DNA of 64,000 nt from Octopus vulgaris (taxonomy: Eukaryota). Of this stretch, positions 1-13,899 are shown piece by piece (within the stretch, counting starts at the first letter, position 1; each line of letters starts with the position of its first letter). The notes beneath the pieces were generated by a model, which worked only from the letters and a program-made list of their open reading frames with translations, did no database searches and was not told where the DNA came from. The DNA is taken from positions 82,584,001 through 82,648,000 of the forward strand of contig OX597824.1 of the NCBI GenBank assembly GCA_951406725.2, written 5' to 3'. Both the position numbers and the translations under genes were made by a program.

Positions 1-903
1 AAGACGGCCGTCATCCACGACGAGAGAGGACAAGGTCAACGCTGTGCACGTCATGATTCTCGAGGGCCGCTGGATCTCAGCTAAAGTTTTCCCGAGAAAA
101 CGTTGGCCATATCATCCACAGCGTTCCGGACATGACAAAGCTTTCCGCAAAATGGATGCCGAAATACCTGAACACAGAGCAGAAGCGTATCAGAGTGACG
201 ACATCAAAGGCGAATTTGGACCGGTTTGCAGTGGGAGAGACTGATTTATGGCTCGTTTAGTCACTATGAATGAAACTTGGCTTCATTATTATGAGCACCA
301 GACCAAGCAGCAATTAAAGGAGTGGCATCACAGCGGTTCACCGCTTCCCAAGAAGTCTCGGACCCACATAGTAAGCTGGAAAGATTCTAGCCTATATGTA
401 CTGGGACAAAGGCGAAGTAATCCTCGTAAAATACCAACCAAAGGGTCACACCTTCAATACAGAATATTTTATATGTCTCTTTTGGATGAACTGCGTGAGG
501 CTTTGATGCAGAAACGGAATGGAAAGTTGAGCCGGAGTGTCCTGTTTTTTGCAGTACACACCTGCACACACCGCTAATGAAACTCTACAGAAAATCCGCA
601 ACTTTGGCTTCGAATTGGTAGACCATCTCCTGATCTGCACCCCTCTCACTAGCACCTCTTTCTACAACTGAAGAAATATCTCAAGGGAACGAAATTTCGC
701 TCCGATTCGGAACAGATCGCTGCTACAGAGGCCTTGTTGGAGGCCTAACCTTCCAACCTCTTTTTACAGGGCTTAGGAAAACTGAAGGACCGCCGCAGTA
801 AGCGTGAGAATCTGAGAGGGGTATATGTTGAATAAAATCGTAATTAACTGATCTCCCTGAATATATTTTTTTTACCCCAAAGCCAAGAACATTTCAGCAC
901 ACG
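1..903 (+). mobile_element. Decayed mariner-family DNA transposon (transposase pseudogene plus right end), truncated by the window start
   Basis: Frameshifted translation gives mariner motifs: SAKWMPK (WVPH-like), RLVTMNETWLHYYEHQTKQQLKEW, SPDL, LKKYLKGTKF and GVYVE* (stop ~835). Ends in a TIR-like ...TTTCAGCACACG followed by TA. Confidence 0.9.
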
Positions 904-1020
904 TATGCTTCTCTATACTTATTTTTAATGTCTTATATATATATATTTACTTTTAACATGATACATGTGTATGCGTATGTGTGTGTGTATGTGTGTGTGT
1001 ATGTGTGTGTGTGTGTGTGT

Positions 1021-1057
<37 letters not shown>

Positions 1058-1100
1058 CCTCTACAGACGAGATAATGTATCATGTTATTTTATATGTCAG

Positions 1101-1236
1101 ATTTACAGTGGAGCTTCTGGCCAAACTCCGCTTCATAAAAACGAACTGTGCCCCACCTAATCCTACTTTCTTACAACTACACGAAATGGATAATTCAGTC
1201 CCATGGTCACAGAACGATACAGTGACGTTGATTTGA
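1101..1236 (+). CDS. Possible terminal coding exon of an unknown gene ([44 protein letters not shown])
   Basis: Unique island between microsatellites; acceptor-like ttattttatatgtcAG at 1099-1100; frame open to TGA. No recognisable homology. Confidence 0.15.
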
Positions 1237-1338
1237 TAATACTTCACTCCATGAGCCATACGCATGCAAACACATACGCGCATATGTACATATCTCCATA
1301 CATACATGGACTTACGCGCACACACACACGTATATATA

Positions 1339-1382
<44 letters not shown>

Positions 1383-1596
1383 TACACTTATATATACACA
1401 CATATATAAATACACACACGTATATATATATATATATATATACTTGTGTGTATTTATATATATATACATACATACTTATACTTAAATCGTCATACATATA
1501 CACACATTTCATATACATGTATACATTCGTACATATATATATATACATACGTACGTACGTACGCACAGCACACATACATACGTACATTCGCATACA

Positions 1597-1628
<32 letters not shown>

Positions 1629-3192
1629 CACATACGTACACACACATATATACATACATATATATATATATATATATACATTCTTACATACATACATTTA
1701 TGCATTCATATATACATATATGCTTTCATACATACATACACGCACACACATGCATACATAAATACATACATACATTCATACACAAGCACATACACGCACA
1801 CACACATACATACATACATACATACATACATACATACATACATACATACATACATACATACATACATACACACACACATACATACATACATACATAAACA
1901 TACAAATACACACAAGAGCACACATACGACGTACACACACACACACACACACACACATACACACACACATACACAACAAGTACATGAATATAAAGTTGAA
2001 AAACCTACCTACCAGAATACAATATGGCGTTAACGATCTGCAGGAAGATGAAGCTAGACCGGAAATGAATATATGGGCCTGGAAGGCAATAAGAAAGGGC
2101 GTTGGTCATATTGGATTTCTAATGCGTAGTCTTTCTTAAATATTTCTACGCTTATATTTAGAAGATGGTTTCAGAAAGTAACTTTTTTGCTGGCGTAAAG
2201 AAAGCTCTTGGTTTCTGGCTTAATAACCGCCATTTTCTTAAGCCATTCGTATACGTACATGTATGTATATAGATGCGTGTTTGATGTATATGTATTACAT
2301 GTGGTGGGTGGAGGTGATGGATATTTATGTATGTGTATGTATATGTGTATACCTATATATATTTATTTGTATTTATATAAATACATGCATATATTTATGT
2401 ATACATATGCATAGTGTATATATGTATATATATATATATACATATACATGAATACATGTGTATGTATATATATATATATATATAGTGTGTGTGTGTGTAC
2501 ATATATATATATATATCTGTATATGGGGATTTATTTATATATATATGTATATCTTTATGTATATGCGCATATATATGTGTACATATATGTATATAAATGT
2601 TTGTAGATGTATGTGTATATATATATGTGTGTGTGACTGTGAATATGTGTGGTTGCATGTATGCATGTATGTATTTATGTATGTATATATGTAGGTAGGT
2701 AGGTAGGTAGGTAGGTAAAAGCGTCGGTATGACTCTATATATATATGTATGTGTGTATGTATGTATGTATGTATGTATGTATGTATGTATGTATGTATGT
2801 ATGTATGTGTGTGTGTATGCATGTATGTATGTATGAATAAATGTATGTATGAATGTATGTATGTACGTGTGTAATATGATATTCTTCAAATGTCTGTGAA
2901 AATAGTATAACAGAATATTTAGTGTCAAAATTAAGAATTACTAGAATGTAAGGATGTTTGGTATAAATGCTGCAGAATAGAAGGTGGGGAGGTTCCGGTG
3001 AGAAGGGATTACATCTTAAGTTCGATTCTTGTTTCAGACGGGAAATTTATTTTACTACCCGTGGTGCGAAGGATACACTACATACAACCACTTACTGAGA
3101 AACGCTTGGAGATATAGCATTTTGTCATATGTTGAGTCACAGATAATCAGCCAAGAGCACATACTTGTGTGTATATACTGTGTGTTCGTATA

Positions 3193-3339
3193 GGCGCAGG
3201 AGTGGCTGTGTGGTAAGTATCTTGCTTACCAACCACATGGTTCCGGGTTCATTCGTACTGCGTGGCACTTTGGGCAATTGTCTTCTACTATAGCCTCGGA
3301 CCGACCAAAGCCTTGTGAGTGGATTTGGTAGGCGGAAAC
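3193..3339 (+). mobile_element. SINE family A (tRNA-derived), 5' fragment
   Basis: GGCGCAGGAGTGGCTGTGTGGTAAG...GGTTCCGGGTTCA head, matching the many full copies in the window. Confidence 0.85.
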
Positions 3340-3354
3340 ATGAATTATATCTGT

Positions 3355-4495
3355 CTCAATTTTTGGCAAAAAGCCAATAATTTCGAGCGGTGGGGTGGTA
3401 CAAATCGATGACATCGATCCCAGTACTCAAATAATACTTATTTTATCGACCACGAATAGATAGAAGGCAATTAGACTTCGACGGAATTTGAACTTAGAAT
3501 GTAAAGACGGACAAAATACCGCAAAGCATTTTGCCAGGCGTCCTAACGATTCTGCCAGCTCGCCTCCTTAATGATGCAAAATATATACTTTCTATTATAG
3601 GCACAAGGCCTGAAATTTTGGGGGAGAGGACCAGTCGATTACATCGACCCCAGTGTTTCACTGGTATTTAATTTATTGGCCCCCGAAATGATGAAAGGCA
3701 AAGTCGACCCCGGCGACATTTGAACTCAGAACGTAAAGTCGGACAAAATGCTTATAAGCGTTTGAGCCGGTGTGCTAACGATTCTGCCAGCTCGCCTCCT
3801 TAATGATGTAAAATATATACTTTCTATTATAGGCACAAGGCCTGAAATTTTGGGGGAGAGGACCAGTCGATTACATCGACCTCAGTGTTATACTGGTACT
3901 CAATTTATCGTTCCCGAAAGGATGAAAGGCAAAGTCGACCCCGGCGGCATTTGAGCTCAGAACGTAAAGACGGATGAAATACCTATTTCTTTACTACCCA
4001 CCATGGGCTAAAAACAGAGGAGACAAACAAGGACAGACAGACGGATTAAGTCGATTACATTGACCCCTGTGCGTAACTGGTACTTAATTTATCAACCCCG
4101 AAAGTATTTCGCCCGGCGTGCTAACGATTCTGCCAGCTCGCCGCCTTAATGATGTAAAATACATATTTTCTATTATAGGCACAAGGCCTGAAATTTTGGG
4201 GGAGAGGACCAGTCGATTACATCGACCCCAGTGTTTCACTGGTACTTAATTTTTCGGCCCCGAAATGATGAAAGGCAAAGTCGACCCCGGCGGCATTTGA
4301 ACTCAGAACATAAAGACGGATGAAATACCTATTTCTTTACTACCCACCAGGGGCTAAAAACAGAGGGGACAAACAAGGACAGACAAACGGATTAAGTCGA
4401 TTACATTGACCCCAGTGCGTAACTGGTACTTAATTTATCGACCTCGAAAGTATTTCGCCCGGCGTGCTAACGATTCTGCGAGCTCGCCGCCTTAA
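3355..4495 (-). mobile_element. Tandem array of SINE family B units (tRNA head, GCCTTTCATCCTTTCGGGGTCGATAAA central domain)
   Basis: CTAACGATTCTGCCAGCTCGCC..TTAATGATG recurs at ~3543, 3776, 4121 and 4467. A-box-like TGGCAGAA and B-box-like GAGTTCAAAT on the minus strand. Confidence 0.85.
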
Positions 4496-5061
4496 TGATG
4501 TAAAATAATATTAAGCGAATTATTAACTCGTTAAATTAACATTTGCGCTTAAGTATTTCTGGAAATAGGAATCAGCACGACAGACTAATAATACGAGGTT
4601 TGGCATTTGAATTATCTGTGCAATTCGTCTGACGGCCATCATAACAGTTTACTCAACTCTGCTTTATTCGAGGAAACTTGTGTCAACTCGAGGCTACGGT
4701 AAAAAGAGTTTCGATCGATATGTCACGCCGTGTAATCCAACGTGAAACATCACGACTGCCGGATATGGCTTCACGTATATTATTTTACATACATCCAGGC
4801 AAGTATGAACACATACATACAAAATACATGCGTATATGGGTGTCTGAGTGCATGTGTACTTCTGTTTGAATGTATGTATAATTCTATGTATATATATATA
4901 TATATAATAAATATATATATATATATGATCTAAATGGAGCATGTATTATTATATAAATAATATGTAATTATAGTTATTAGATATATATGTACACACACAT
5001 AGATACATACATACATACGTACGTGTGTGTCTGAATGCATGAATGTGTGCATGTATGTATG

Positions 5062-5117
<56 letters not shown>

Positions 5118-5433
5118 ACTCTCTCATGCACCAAATGACAATTGCTAAAAAGCATTCGGGAAGTAAAATCATGTAGCAACACCGAATGGCGGTGCCCCAG
5201 CATGGCCACAGCTCGTGAGCTGAAACTAGATAAAATAAAAATAAAATAAAATAAAATTAAAAATTAAAAAATATATATATACATACATACATATATACAT
5301 ACATACATATACATACATACATACATACATACATATACATACATACATATATACATGCATACATATATACATACATACATATATACATACATGCATACGT
5401 ACATACGTGCACTCATATGAACATACATACATA

Positions 5434-6623
5434 CAAGTGTTGGACAAAATAATGGAAACACCTAGCATCACAGCATCATAATTTTGAAATATCTATAAAA
5501 CCGTCAAAAGCTTTATTTTTATGTTTTTATTTATTTATTATTAGTGTTCCTTAATATCTTTTGCTAAAATTGCTGTTTCTTTTCAGATATCATCAGAAAA
5601 AAAAGGTCATTAAAATTCATTAAAATGACAAATCTATCGGATCTTCAAAGAGGTCAAATTGTTGGTGCTCGTATGGCTGGCGCTAGCGTAACGAAAACAG
5701 CCGAAATATTTGGTGTATCAAGAAGTACAGTCCCGAAAGTAATGCCAGCCTTTGAGAAAGAGGGAAAAACCTCCTCGTCGAAACAAAACTTCACAAGCAA
5801 ACTAAAATTTTCAGATAGGGGCCGCCGAACTCTTACGTGAATTATTAGAAGGGATCAAAAAAGTACAGCTCCCAAAATTACTGCAGAGCTTAATGACCAC
5901 CTCGAGAGCCTGCACAAAGCCAGATTTTACGTGAGGGCTGCAATCAGAAAACCGCTACTTTCAAAACCAAACGTTGCAAAGCATTTACAGTGAGTAAAAA
6001 CCGACAGAATTGGTCCCTGGAGCTGTGGAAGAATGTTATTTTCTCGGACGAGTCACCTTTTGCCTTATTTCCGACTGTTGTGTTCTTGAGCAAGACACTT
6101 TATTTCACGTTGCTCTAGTTCACTCTGCTGTAGAAATGAGTTGCGACATCACCATGCCAAGCTGCATTGGCCCCTTCGCCTTTCCCTTCGTCTAAGTAAA
6201 CGTTTGGAGACAGCCAAAAGAAGCATTTGACCCAGACTACCTTCTTCCAACTATTAAACATGGAGGAGGATCTGTGATGATCTTGCGGGGCTACATCTTG
6301 GAAATTCATCGGCTCACTGGTTTCCCTTCATGGCAGAATTAATAGTCAAGGTTATATCAGCATTTTATGTGATCAAATACATCCTATAGTTGCAGAACTG
6401 TTTCTGGAGGGAAACACAATCTTTCAGGGTGACAATACACCAAAACTGGAGACTGTTTTAGCTGAAGAATGGACAAAAATTCCTTTGGAAACAATTCAAA
6501 CTTTGTACGAGTCCATATCTCGTAGAATTCAAACAGTAATTAATGCCAAAGGCGGCCCTACCTCATATTAAAATAGATTTGTTTAAACCTTTAAGGTGTT
6601 TCCATTATTTTGTCCAACCCCTG
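5434..6623 (+). mobile_element. Tc1-family DNA transposon with both TIRs and a defective transposase
   Basis: TIRs CAAGTGTTGGACAAAATAATGGAAACACCT and AGGTGTTTCCATTATTTTGTCCAACCCCTG, both flanked by TA. ORF from 5625 (MTNLSDLQRGQIVGARMAGASVTKTAEIFGVSRSTV), then VIFSDES, KHGGGSVMI, FQGDN and AKGGPTSY*. Confidence 0.95.
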
Positions 6624-6637
6624 TATATACACACATA

Positions 6638-6990
6638 AAGGGTAAAGGGTAAAGAGTACAAACCCTCTTTGGTCTTGAATGACAATGGTATTGCCCCTTG
6701 AAACTTACCCTCCAAGGCACAAGTCCGAGCAAGGTTGTTTATGGAAGACCAGCAGTCGCCCCTGCATACCAGCCTACTGTCTCCAAGCCGCTGATGTTTA
6801 CAAAAGGAAAGGCGAAGGGGCCAATGCAGCTTGGCATGGTGATGTCGCAACTCATTTCTACAGCAGAGTGAACTAGAGCAACGTGAAATAAAGTGTCTTG
6901 CTCAAGAACACAACACACAGCCAAGTCTGGAAATCGAACTCACTACCTCATGATTGTGAGCCCGACTCTCTAACCACTTAGTCATGCGCA
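6638..6990 (-). mobile_element. tRNA-derived SINE with an RTE-like tail
   Basis: Minus strand reads CTAAGTGGTTAGAG...GAGTTCGATTTC (A/B boxes), TGTGTTCTTGAGCAAGACACTT core and a (TTTACCC)n tail. Confidence 0.8.
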
Positions 6991-7289
6991 TGCACATATA
7001 TACATTATATACATTATATACAAACTTATGTTCTCACATTATTTATATACACATACCTATATAACCTTATATACAAAATATATATTACATACGTACATAA
7101 CTTTACACACATACACACACTTACACACACACACTCACACCTACACACACGCACACACACAGAAAGTCAAATACACACGCACAAACACACACAAATACAA
7201 ACACACACACACACACATACGTGCACGCGCCCATACGCTTGCTTGCTTGCTTAGCTCGCCATATTTGGAACAATAAAAATCAGCGATTC

Positions 7290-7546
7290 CTTCTTCTTCT
7301 TCTTCTTCTTCTTCTTCTTCTCCTTCTCCTTCTTCTTCTTCTTCTTCTTCTTCTTCTTCTTCTTCTTCTCCTCTTCTCCTTCTTCTTCTTCTCTTCTTCT
7401 TCTTCTTCTTCTTCTTCTTCTTCTTCTTTCTTCTTCTTCTTCTTCTTCTTCTTCTTCTTCTTCTTCTTCTTCTTCTTCTTCTTCTTCTTCTTCTTCTTCT
7501 TCTTCTTCTTCTTCTTCTTCTTCTTCTTCTTCTTCTTCTTCTTCTT
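7290..7546. repeat. (CTT)n microsatellite
   Basis: Direct observation. Confidence 0.95.
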
Positions 7547-7729
7547 CAGATTTAAAGGTTCAATGACTGCAGAAAAAGCGTCGACGAATTCAGAGGTTTT
7601 CTTTGATATACTTACTTTTTCCTGTCCAGCTTTCCGGGTGGTCATTTAGAAAGGACAATAAAATTTTAGCCAGGAAGATGCATTCACGCAAGCAGCAAGC
7701 ATAAATAATACAACAAATTTACTCACACT

Positions 7730-7970
7730 TGCGCACACACACACACGCACACACACACACACACGTATACATATATACACATATACATATTTATAAATAC
7801 GCACATACACACACACACACACACATATATATAATGTACTGTTCCGTGATACAAAATTCAACAAAAACATACATACACATATATATGTGTGTGTATGTGT
7901 GTGTATATATGTATATATATGTGTGTGTATTATATATATATACATATATATATATACATATAAATATATG

Positions 7971-8067
<97 letters not shown>

Positions 8068-8068
8068 G

Positions 8069-8128
<60 letters not shown>

Positions 8129-8361
8129 ACAAAAACATACATGTGTGTATGCATACATGAATGTATGTATGATAATGTTTATATATATATATATATATAT
8201 ATACATATATATGTGTATGTACATGTATGCATATATATATATACGTGCATTCATACAAACAAATACATACAAGCATACATGCATAGTCACTCACTCATAC
8301 ATACATACATACATACATACATACATACATACATACATACATACCTACATACATACATACA

Positions 8362-8423
<62 letters not shown>

Positions 8424-8549
8424 CATACATACATACATACATGCATACATACATACATACATACATACATACATACATACATACATACCTAAATACATAC
8501 ATACATACATACATACATACATACATACATACATACATACATACATACA

Positions 8550-8583
<34 letters not shown>

Positions 8584-8727
8584 CATACATACATACATGC
8601 ATACATACATACATACATACATACATACATACATACATACATACATACATACATACATACCTACATACATACATACATACATACATACATACATACATAC
8701 ATACATACATACATACATACATACATA
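7730..8727. repeat. Compound (CA)n/(TA)n/(TACA)n microsatellite
   Basis: Direct observation; includes ~430 bp of (TACA)n at 8296-8727. Confidence 0.95.
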
Positions 8728-9426
8728 AATCTACGGTCGGTACTTAGAAAAACCTTCTTGCATTCGTGAGTCCTGTTAAAATATAAAGCCGCGTTTAATT
8801 GTTCTGCGAAACGCGAAGGCGAAAATAGCATAGCAACTGGACTTCCGGTCGAATTAAAATGGACGCCGTATACGCCGAAACGCAGTTTTAAGTTAAATTT
8901 GGACACTTTCATGAAACCAAGCAGCAAGATATTGTTCGTGTTTATTCACAAAGTGACCGTTCGGTGTACCTTCCACCTTTACACTTAACCTAATCTGGTC
9001 ATGTGATCAATCAGGACAAAATGTCATTAACACGCTTCTGATACGGCAGTAGTGTAACAATACAGTACATAGATAGATCAAATTTATCACCGTTCGATCA
9101 GATGCCAAATGCATTAGTTCGTCTTTCTGTGTAGGCGTCTATATGTGCATTATCTGTATACGTAGGTAGGTGTGAGTAATTGCTATGTACGTGTTTGGAA
9201 TTAGGTGCATGCGTACTCATGTGGACTTAGAATTATCCGTTATTTTTTTCCTCTTTGTTATCAAACGCGAGTGGGTGTCGTTCTGTGAGTGTGAAGGTAA
9301 GAATGTATATGTGCGCGTGTGGGTGTGCGCACATGGACACACATATGTATGTATAGATACATTTAAATAAGAGTAAACACAGCCATATATAAATATACGT
9401 ATATATATATATATACACACACACAC

Positions 9427-9494
<68 letters not shown>

Positions 9495-9598
9495 GGATAG
9501 ATAGCATATGTACACGCAGATACATATATATATATATATATATATACGTGCAAACATACATACATACATACATACATATACACAGACACACAGAAACA

Positions 9599-9635
<37 letters not shown>

Positions 9636-9646
9636 ACACACAAACA

Positions 9647-9726
<80 letters not shown>

Positions 9727-9872
9727 CTATTTCCACGCGTATAAGTTACACAATTTAAAACTTGGTTTTATCTGAAATAAAAACTGAACGTCCGATACAC
9801 GGGCCAAAGCGATGAAGGGAAAATATTTTGCATCAAAAATAAACACTAAATCTTATACACGAGTAAATACGA
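9727..9872. mobile_element. Small pogo/Tc1-mariner-type MITE remnant
   Basis: Imperfect TIRs CTATTTCCACGCGTATAAG and CTTATACACGAGTAAATACGA, flanked by TA. Confidence 0.5.
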
Positions 9873-10008
9873 TAGAATAGGTCCTGGGGTCGATTTACTC
9901 GACTAAAGGCGGTGCGCTAGCATGGCCGCAGTCAAATGACTCAAACGTATGTACTCGGAACCATGTGGCTGGAAAAAAAACTTCTTATCACTCAATCACA
10001 CCTATTAC

Positions 10009-10075
<67 letters not shown>

Positions 10076-10260
10076 TTAATAAAAGTTAGGTTCGGTTCCA
10101 TGCAATTTCCATTTTTCTGGGTGCATCAAATGAACCTAACTCGTCAAGCGCTTTCATAAACACACACGTGCGCGCGGCACAGAATATATATTCGGGTGTC
10201 TGTTAACTGTACACACATACACACACACTCACACACACACACATACATATATATACATAC

Positions 10261-10393
<133 letters not shown>

Positions 10394-10728
10394 ATATATA
10401 TATATATATATATAAATATATACGTATATACATATACACTTTTATATATAACAATATATATATATGAACATATATACATGTGCATGTGTCATTATATATA
10501 TATGTGTATATATATATATATACATATATATATGCGTGCGTGTGTGTGTATGCATATATGCATATATGCATGTATGCATGCATATATATATGTATGTATG
10601 TATGTGTAAATGTATATATGCATTTATATATGTATGTATGCATGTATGCATGTATGTATGCATGTATGCATGTATGCATGTATGCATATATGCATGTATA
10701 TATGTATGTATAAATGTATATATGCATG

Positions 10729-10762
<34 letters not shown>

Positions 10763-11315
10763 TGTATGTATGTATGTATGTATGTATGCATGTATAGTCA
10801 TACCTCTTTAGGTGTATGCGTGCATACATACAAATGTACGTCTCCCTAACTAAACGTTAGACGTAGTTCGATGTTGATGACCTTCAATTAAACCCGATCG
10901 GTATTTTTGGCTTCTTAATCAAAATTGGCAACTTCTAAATTTCTGGTAACTTGTTCACATTGACATGTACACTGAGTGAGCCAAAGTCTGCCAGTTGCTA
11001 GTAATATCAGCCAAGCGGCACTAAAATCCTAGTTTACCGTCTTCAAAAAAGGTAGAATATAGTCTAAGATACCTGTTTTAAAAATGAATGGGACAGTCGT
11101 AACCAGCCGCGTTTGACCCATAGGTCTATTCAACAGATTTTGGCTAAAAGATAAAAACTACAACAGCAAATACAACCTCAATAACATGTTCGTTCGTTCG
11201 TACATCTAAGGTTCGCATCTAAATTACTCTCGTCTCACGAACTACTATCTTTAAAATTATCCAAATCCATGAAGATTTTTTCGTCGGGATTGCACTATCG
11301 ATTTTTCTGTATATA

Positions 11316-11735
11316 GGCATAGAAGTGGCTGTGTGGTAAGTAGCTTGCTCACCAAACACATGGTTCCGGGTTCAGTCCCACTGCGTGGCACCTTGGGCAA
11401 GTGTCTTCTACTATAGCCTCGGTCCGACCAAAGCCTTGTGAGTGGATTTGGTAGACGGAAACTGAAAGAAGCCCGTCGTATATATGTATATATATATATG
11501 TATCTATTTATGTGCGTGTATATGTTTGTGTGTCTGTGTTTGACCCCTTCCCCCCAATATCACTTGATAACCAATGGTGGTGTGTTTACGTCCCCGTAAC
11601 TTAGCGGTTCGGCTGGAGAGACCCAATAGAATAAGTACTAAGCTTCCAAAGAATAAGTCCTGCGGTCGATTTGCTCGACTAAAGGCGGTGCTCCAGCATG
11701 GCCGCAGTCAAATGACTGAAACAAGTAAAAAGAGT
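11316..11735 (+). mobile_element. SINE family A, full length
   Basis: tRNA-like head, CCTTGGGCAAG core, internal (TA)n/(TG)n, tail ...ATGACTGAAACAAGTAAAAAGAG. Confidence 0.9.
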
Positions 11736-11842
11736 ATATTACATTATATATTTTGCTAATCTCACCAACCAAGAACTCTCACACGCATAAAGAAGTAAAA
11801 GAATAAAAGAATAAAAGTATATAGATAGATAGATAGATAGAT

Positions 11843-11893
<51 letters not shown>

Positions 11894-12025
11894 GATACGC
11901 ATAAACACGCAGCAAATACGTCCTGTGCATACAAACACACGCGCACATGGATATATACATTCACATACACAAGACTCATGTATATATAATTGCACATACA
12001 CACGCGCGCGCAGACTCACACACAC

Positions 12026-12238
12026 CAGTGGCGTGTGGTGGTTGTTATATTAGGTGTTCTGCCACACCCAATGCCACCAAATTTCGAGCAGAGCTATAAC
12101 AAAAGTTTTCCATTAAGATTTGTGATAAAATTAATGAGTAAAATTAATATTCATGAGTAAAATTAATATTTATAATGAATTTGCCATTTTCGATGGGCGT
12201 GCAGCGTACACCTAGCACACGCAGAATATACGCCCCGG
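12026..12238. mobile_element. hAT-like MITE remnant
   Basis: Ends CAGTGGCGTG and TACGCCCCGG resemble hAT TIRs; flanks acacacac/gtacacac are a possible degenerate 8-bp TSD. Confidence 0.35.
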
Positions 12239-12249
12239 GTACACACGCG

Positions 12250-12280
<31 letters not shown>

Positions 12281-12299
12281 ACACTCATACATACACGCC

Positions 12300-12632
12300 A
12301 GTAGGCACTCACTTGCTATTAAGGGACACAATTACCCCCAAACGGTCACCGTTAGTCAGAGAATTAGCAACGTAACACACGTGCTTTTTTCCCTGGTTCT
12401 CTTTTCTTTCTTTTCCTACCTTCTTTCCTTCTTTCTTTATCTCTCCCTCTACTTTCTTCTAGTGTCTGACGAAGGAATATATCCGAAACGTCATGCTTTC
12501 AATCCATAACTGTTTCTCTATGACTTTTTCCTCTCTTTCAGCGTCAACCTAATTACACTAACAGTGAATGGTCCTTGAACTAGTACTGTTTTTTAAAGTT
12601 TGATTTTGCTTATTATATTTGACTTGGTTATA
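12300..12632 (+). mobile_element. Non-autonomous Penelope-like (pLTR-type) element carrying a hammerhead ribozyme
   Basis: Pyrimidine-rich body with a central hammerhead motif, flanked by (CA)n and TA/TG repeats. Boundaries approximate. Confidence 0.6.
12461..12497 (+). ncRNA. Minimal type-I hammerhead ribozyme, canonical core
   Basis: Stem I AGTGT/ATGCT; CTGACGA plus an extra A; stem II GGA-atata-TCC; GAAA; palindromic ACGT stem III; GUC cleavage triplet (cut after 12492). Confidence 0.8.
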
Positions 12633-12920
12633 TATAAGTGTGTTTTTGTGTGTGCTTGAGAGAGAGAGAGAGAGAGAGAGGGGTTTGTGTGTGTGTGTGA
12701 AGGCGCATAGCTTAGTGGTTAGGTATTGACCATTCAATCATAAGTTCTGGGCTTCGAGTACTGGACCGGCCAGTGCAAAGTACTTTGAGCAAGACACTTT
12801 ATTCCCTGCTACTCAACTGAGTAGACTGCCGGTCCAGCCAGCCGTCTCCCACTCCGCCAAGGGGATGGGGGAACAGGCAATACGGTGCCTACGCCCGTTC
12901 GAGACTACATAAGTACTTAC

Positions 12921-13055
12921 ATCAGAATGAGACGATCGGGCGCAGCTGTTTGGACGCTGACGACGTGGCACGTCTGACCGAACATTCAGCCTGTTTTGAC
13001 GGCAGTACTTTACTTTATGGCACCGGAGATTAAACACGCGCTCGCACACGTAAGA
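12921..13055 (-). CDS. Candidate 135-nt internal exon, unknown product (SYVCERVFNLRCHKVKYCRQNRLNVRSDVPRRQRPNSCARSSHSD)
   Basis: Acceptor gcgtttAG after a (TC)n tract; donor GAT|gtaagt; only phase 0 is open and the length is divisible by 3; GC-rich unique island. Confidence 0.2.
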
Positions 13056-13082
13056 CTAAACGCATGCAGATAGAAACAGTAA

Positions 13083-13124
<42 letters not shown>

Positions 13125-13429
13125 AAGAGTGAGAGAAAGACAGTAAGAGAAAAACAGAGAAAGTCATTACAATTTATTAATTCAATACGATTGACATGAA
13201 CGCTTTCCCTCTCATCAAGCACATAAAAAAATATACTCACACATACAAGCAGAGAGAGACGGGGAGGGAACGAAAGAAATACTAAAACGTCTGATGTCAA
13301 ATAAGTCAACGTCGATTCAGCGACGCCAAACAGGCGGCGCCAAAATAGCAGTGCCAAACGTCTCATACCTTAAAATAAGTCATGCTCACTTGCGAATAAC
13401 GACTAATACTCATGCGTGTGTGTGTGTAC

Positions 13430-13511
<82 letters not shown>

Positions 13512-13640
13512 GAAGCAGGGAGTGAAAGAGAGAACATTATGGAAAATATTGTGTCTTTGATAATGGATATCGTTATAGCTGAGAGAAAATAAGTGAATAC
13601 GGCGTTCGACAACATTAAAAGGCTTTTGTTTTCTGTTCAG

Positions 13641-13689
13641 AACAGCCATATCTGGCCCGCTATCTTTGCATTTAGCGGAAGCTTTTCTG
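13641..13689 (+). other. Candidate 49-nt exon
   Basis: Acceptor cttttgttttctgttcAG and donor CTG|gtatgt in a unique island. No homology recognised. Confidence 0.2.
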
Positions 13690-13899
13690 GTATGTTCCAC
13701 CAACACTGAATGCAGTGTTTGTTTAGATAGCATCAGACAAAGCCACAGAGAGACAGCCAAGCAGACAAACAGACGGACATGCAGACAGACGAGCTAATTA
13801 AATGACAGACAAACGTAAGACAGACGGACGTGTAGTCATACTGAAAGGCAGCGACATTAAGTCATCAGAATCAAAGAGCTTCATTGTCATCAGTACCTA

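Noticed and set aside
13285-13370. Repeated GCGCCAAA motifs as E2F sites
   Set aside because: The arrangement ending CCAAACGTCTCATACC looks more like a DNA-transposon terminal fragment; no partner end found.
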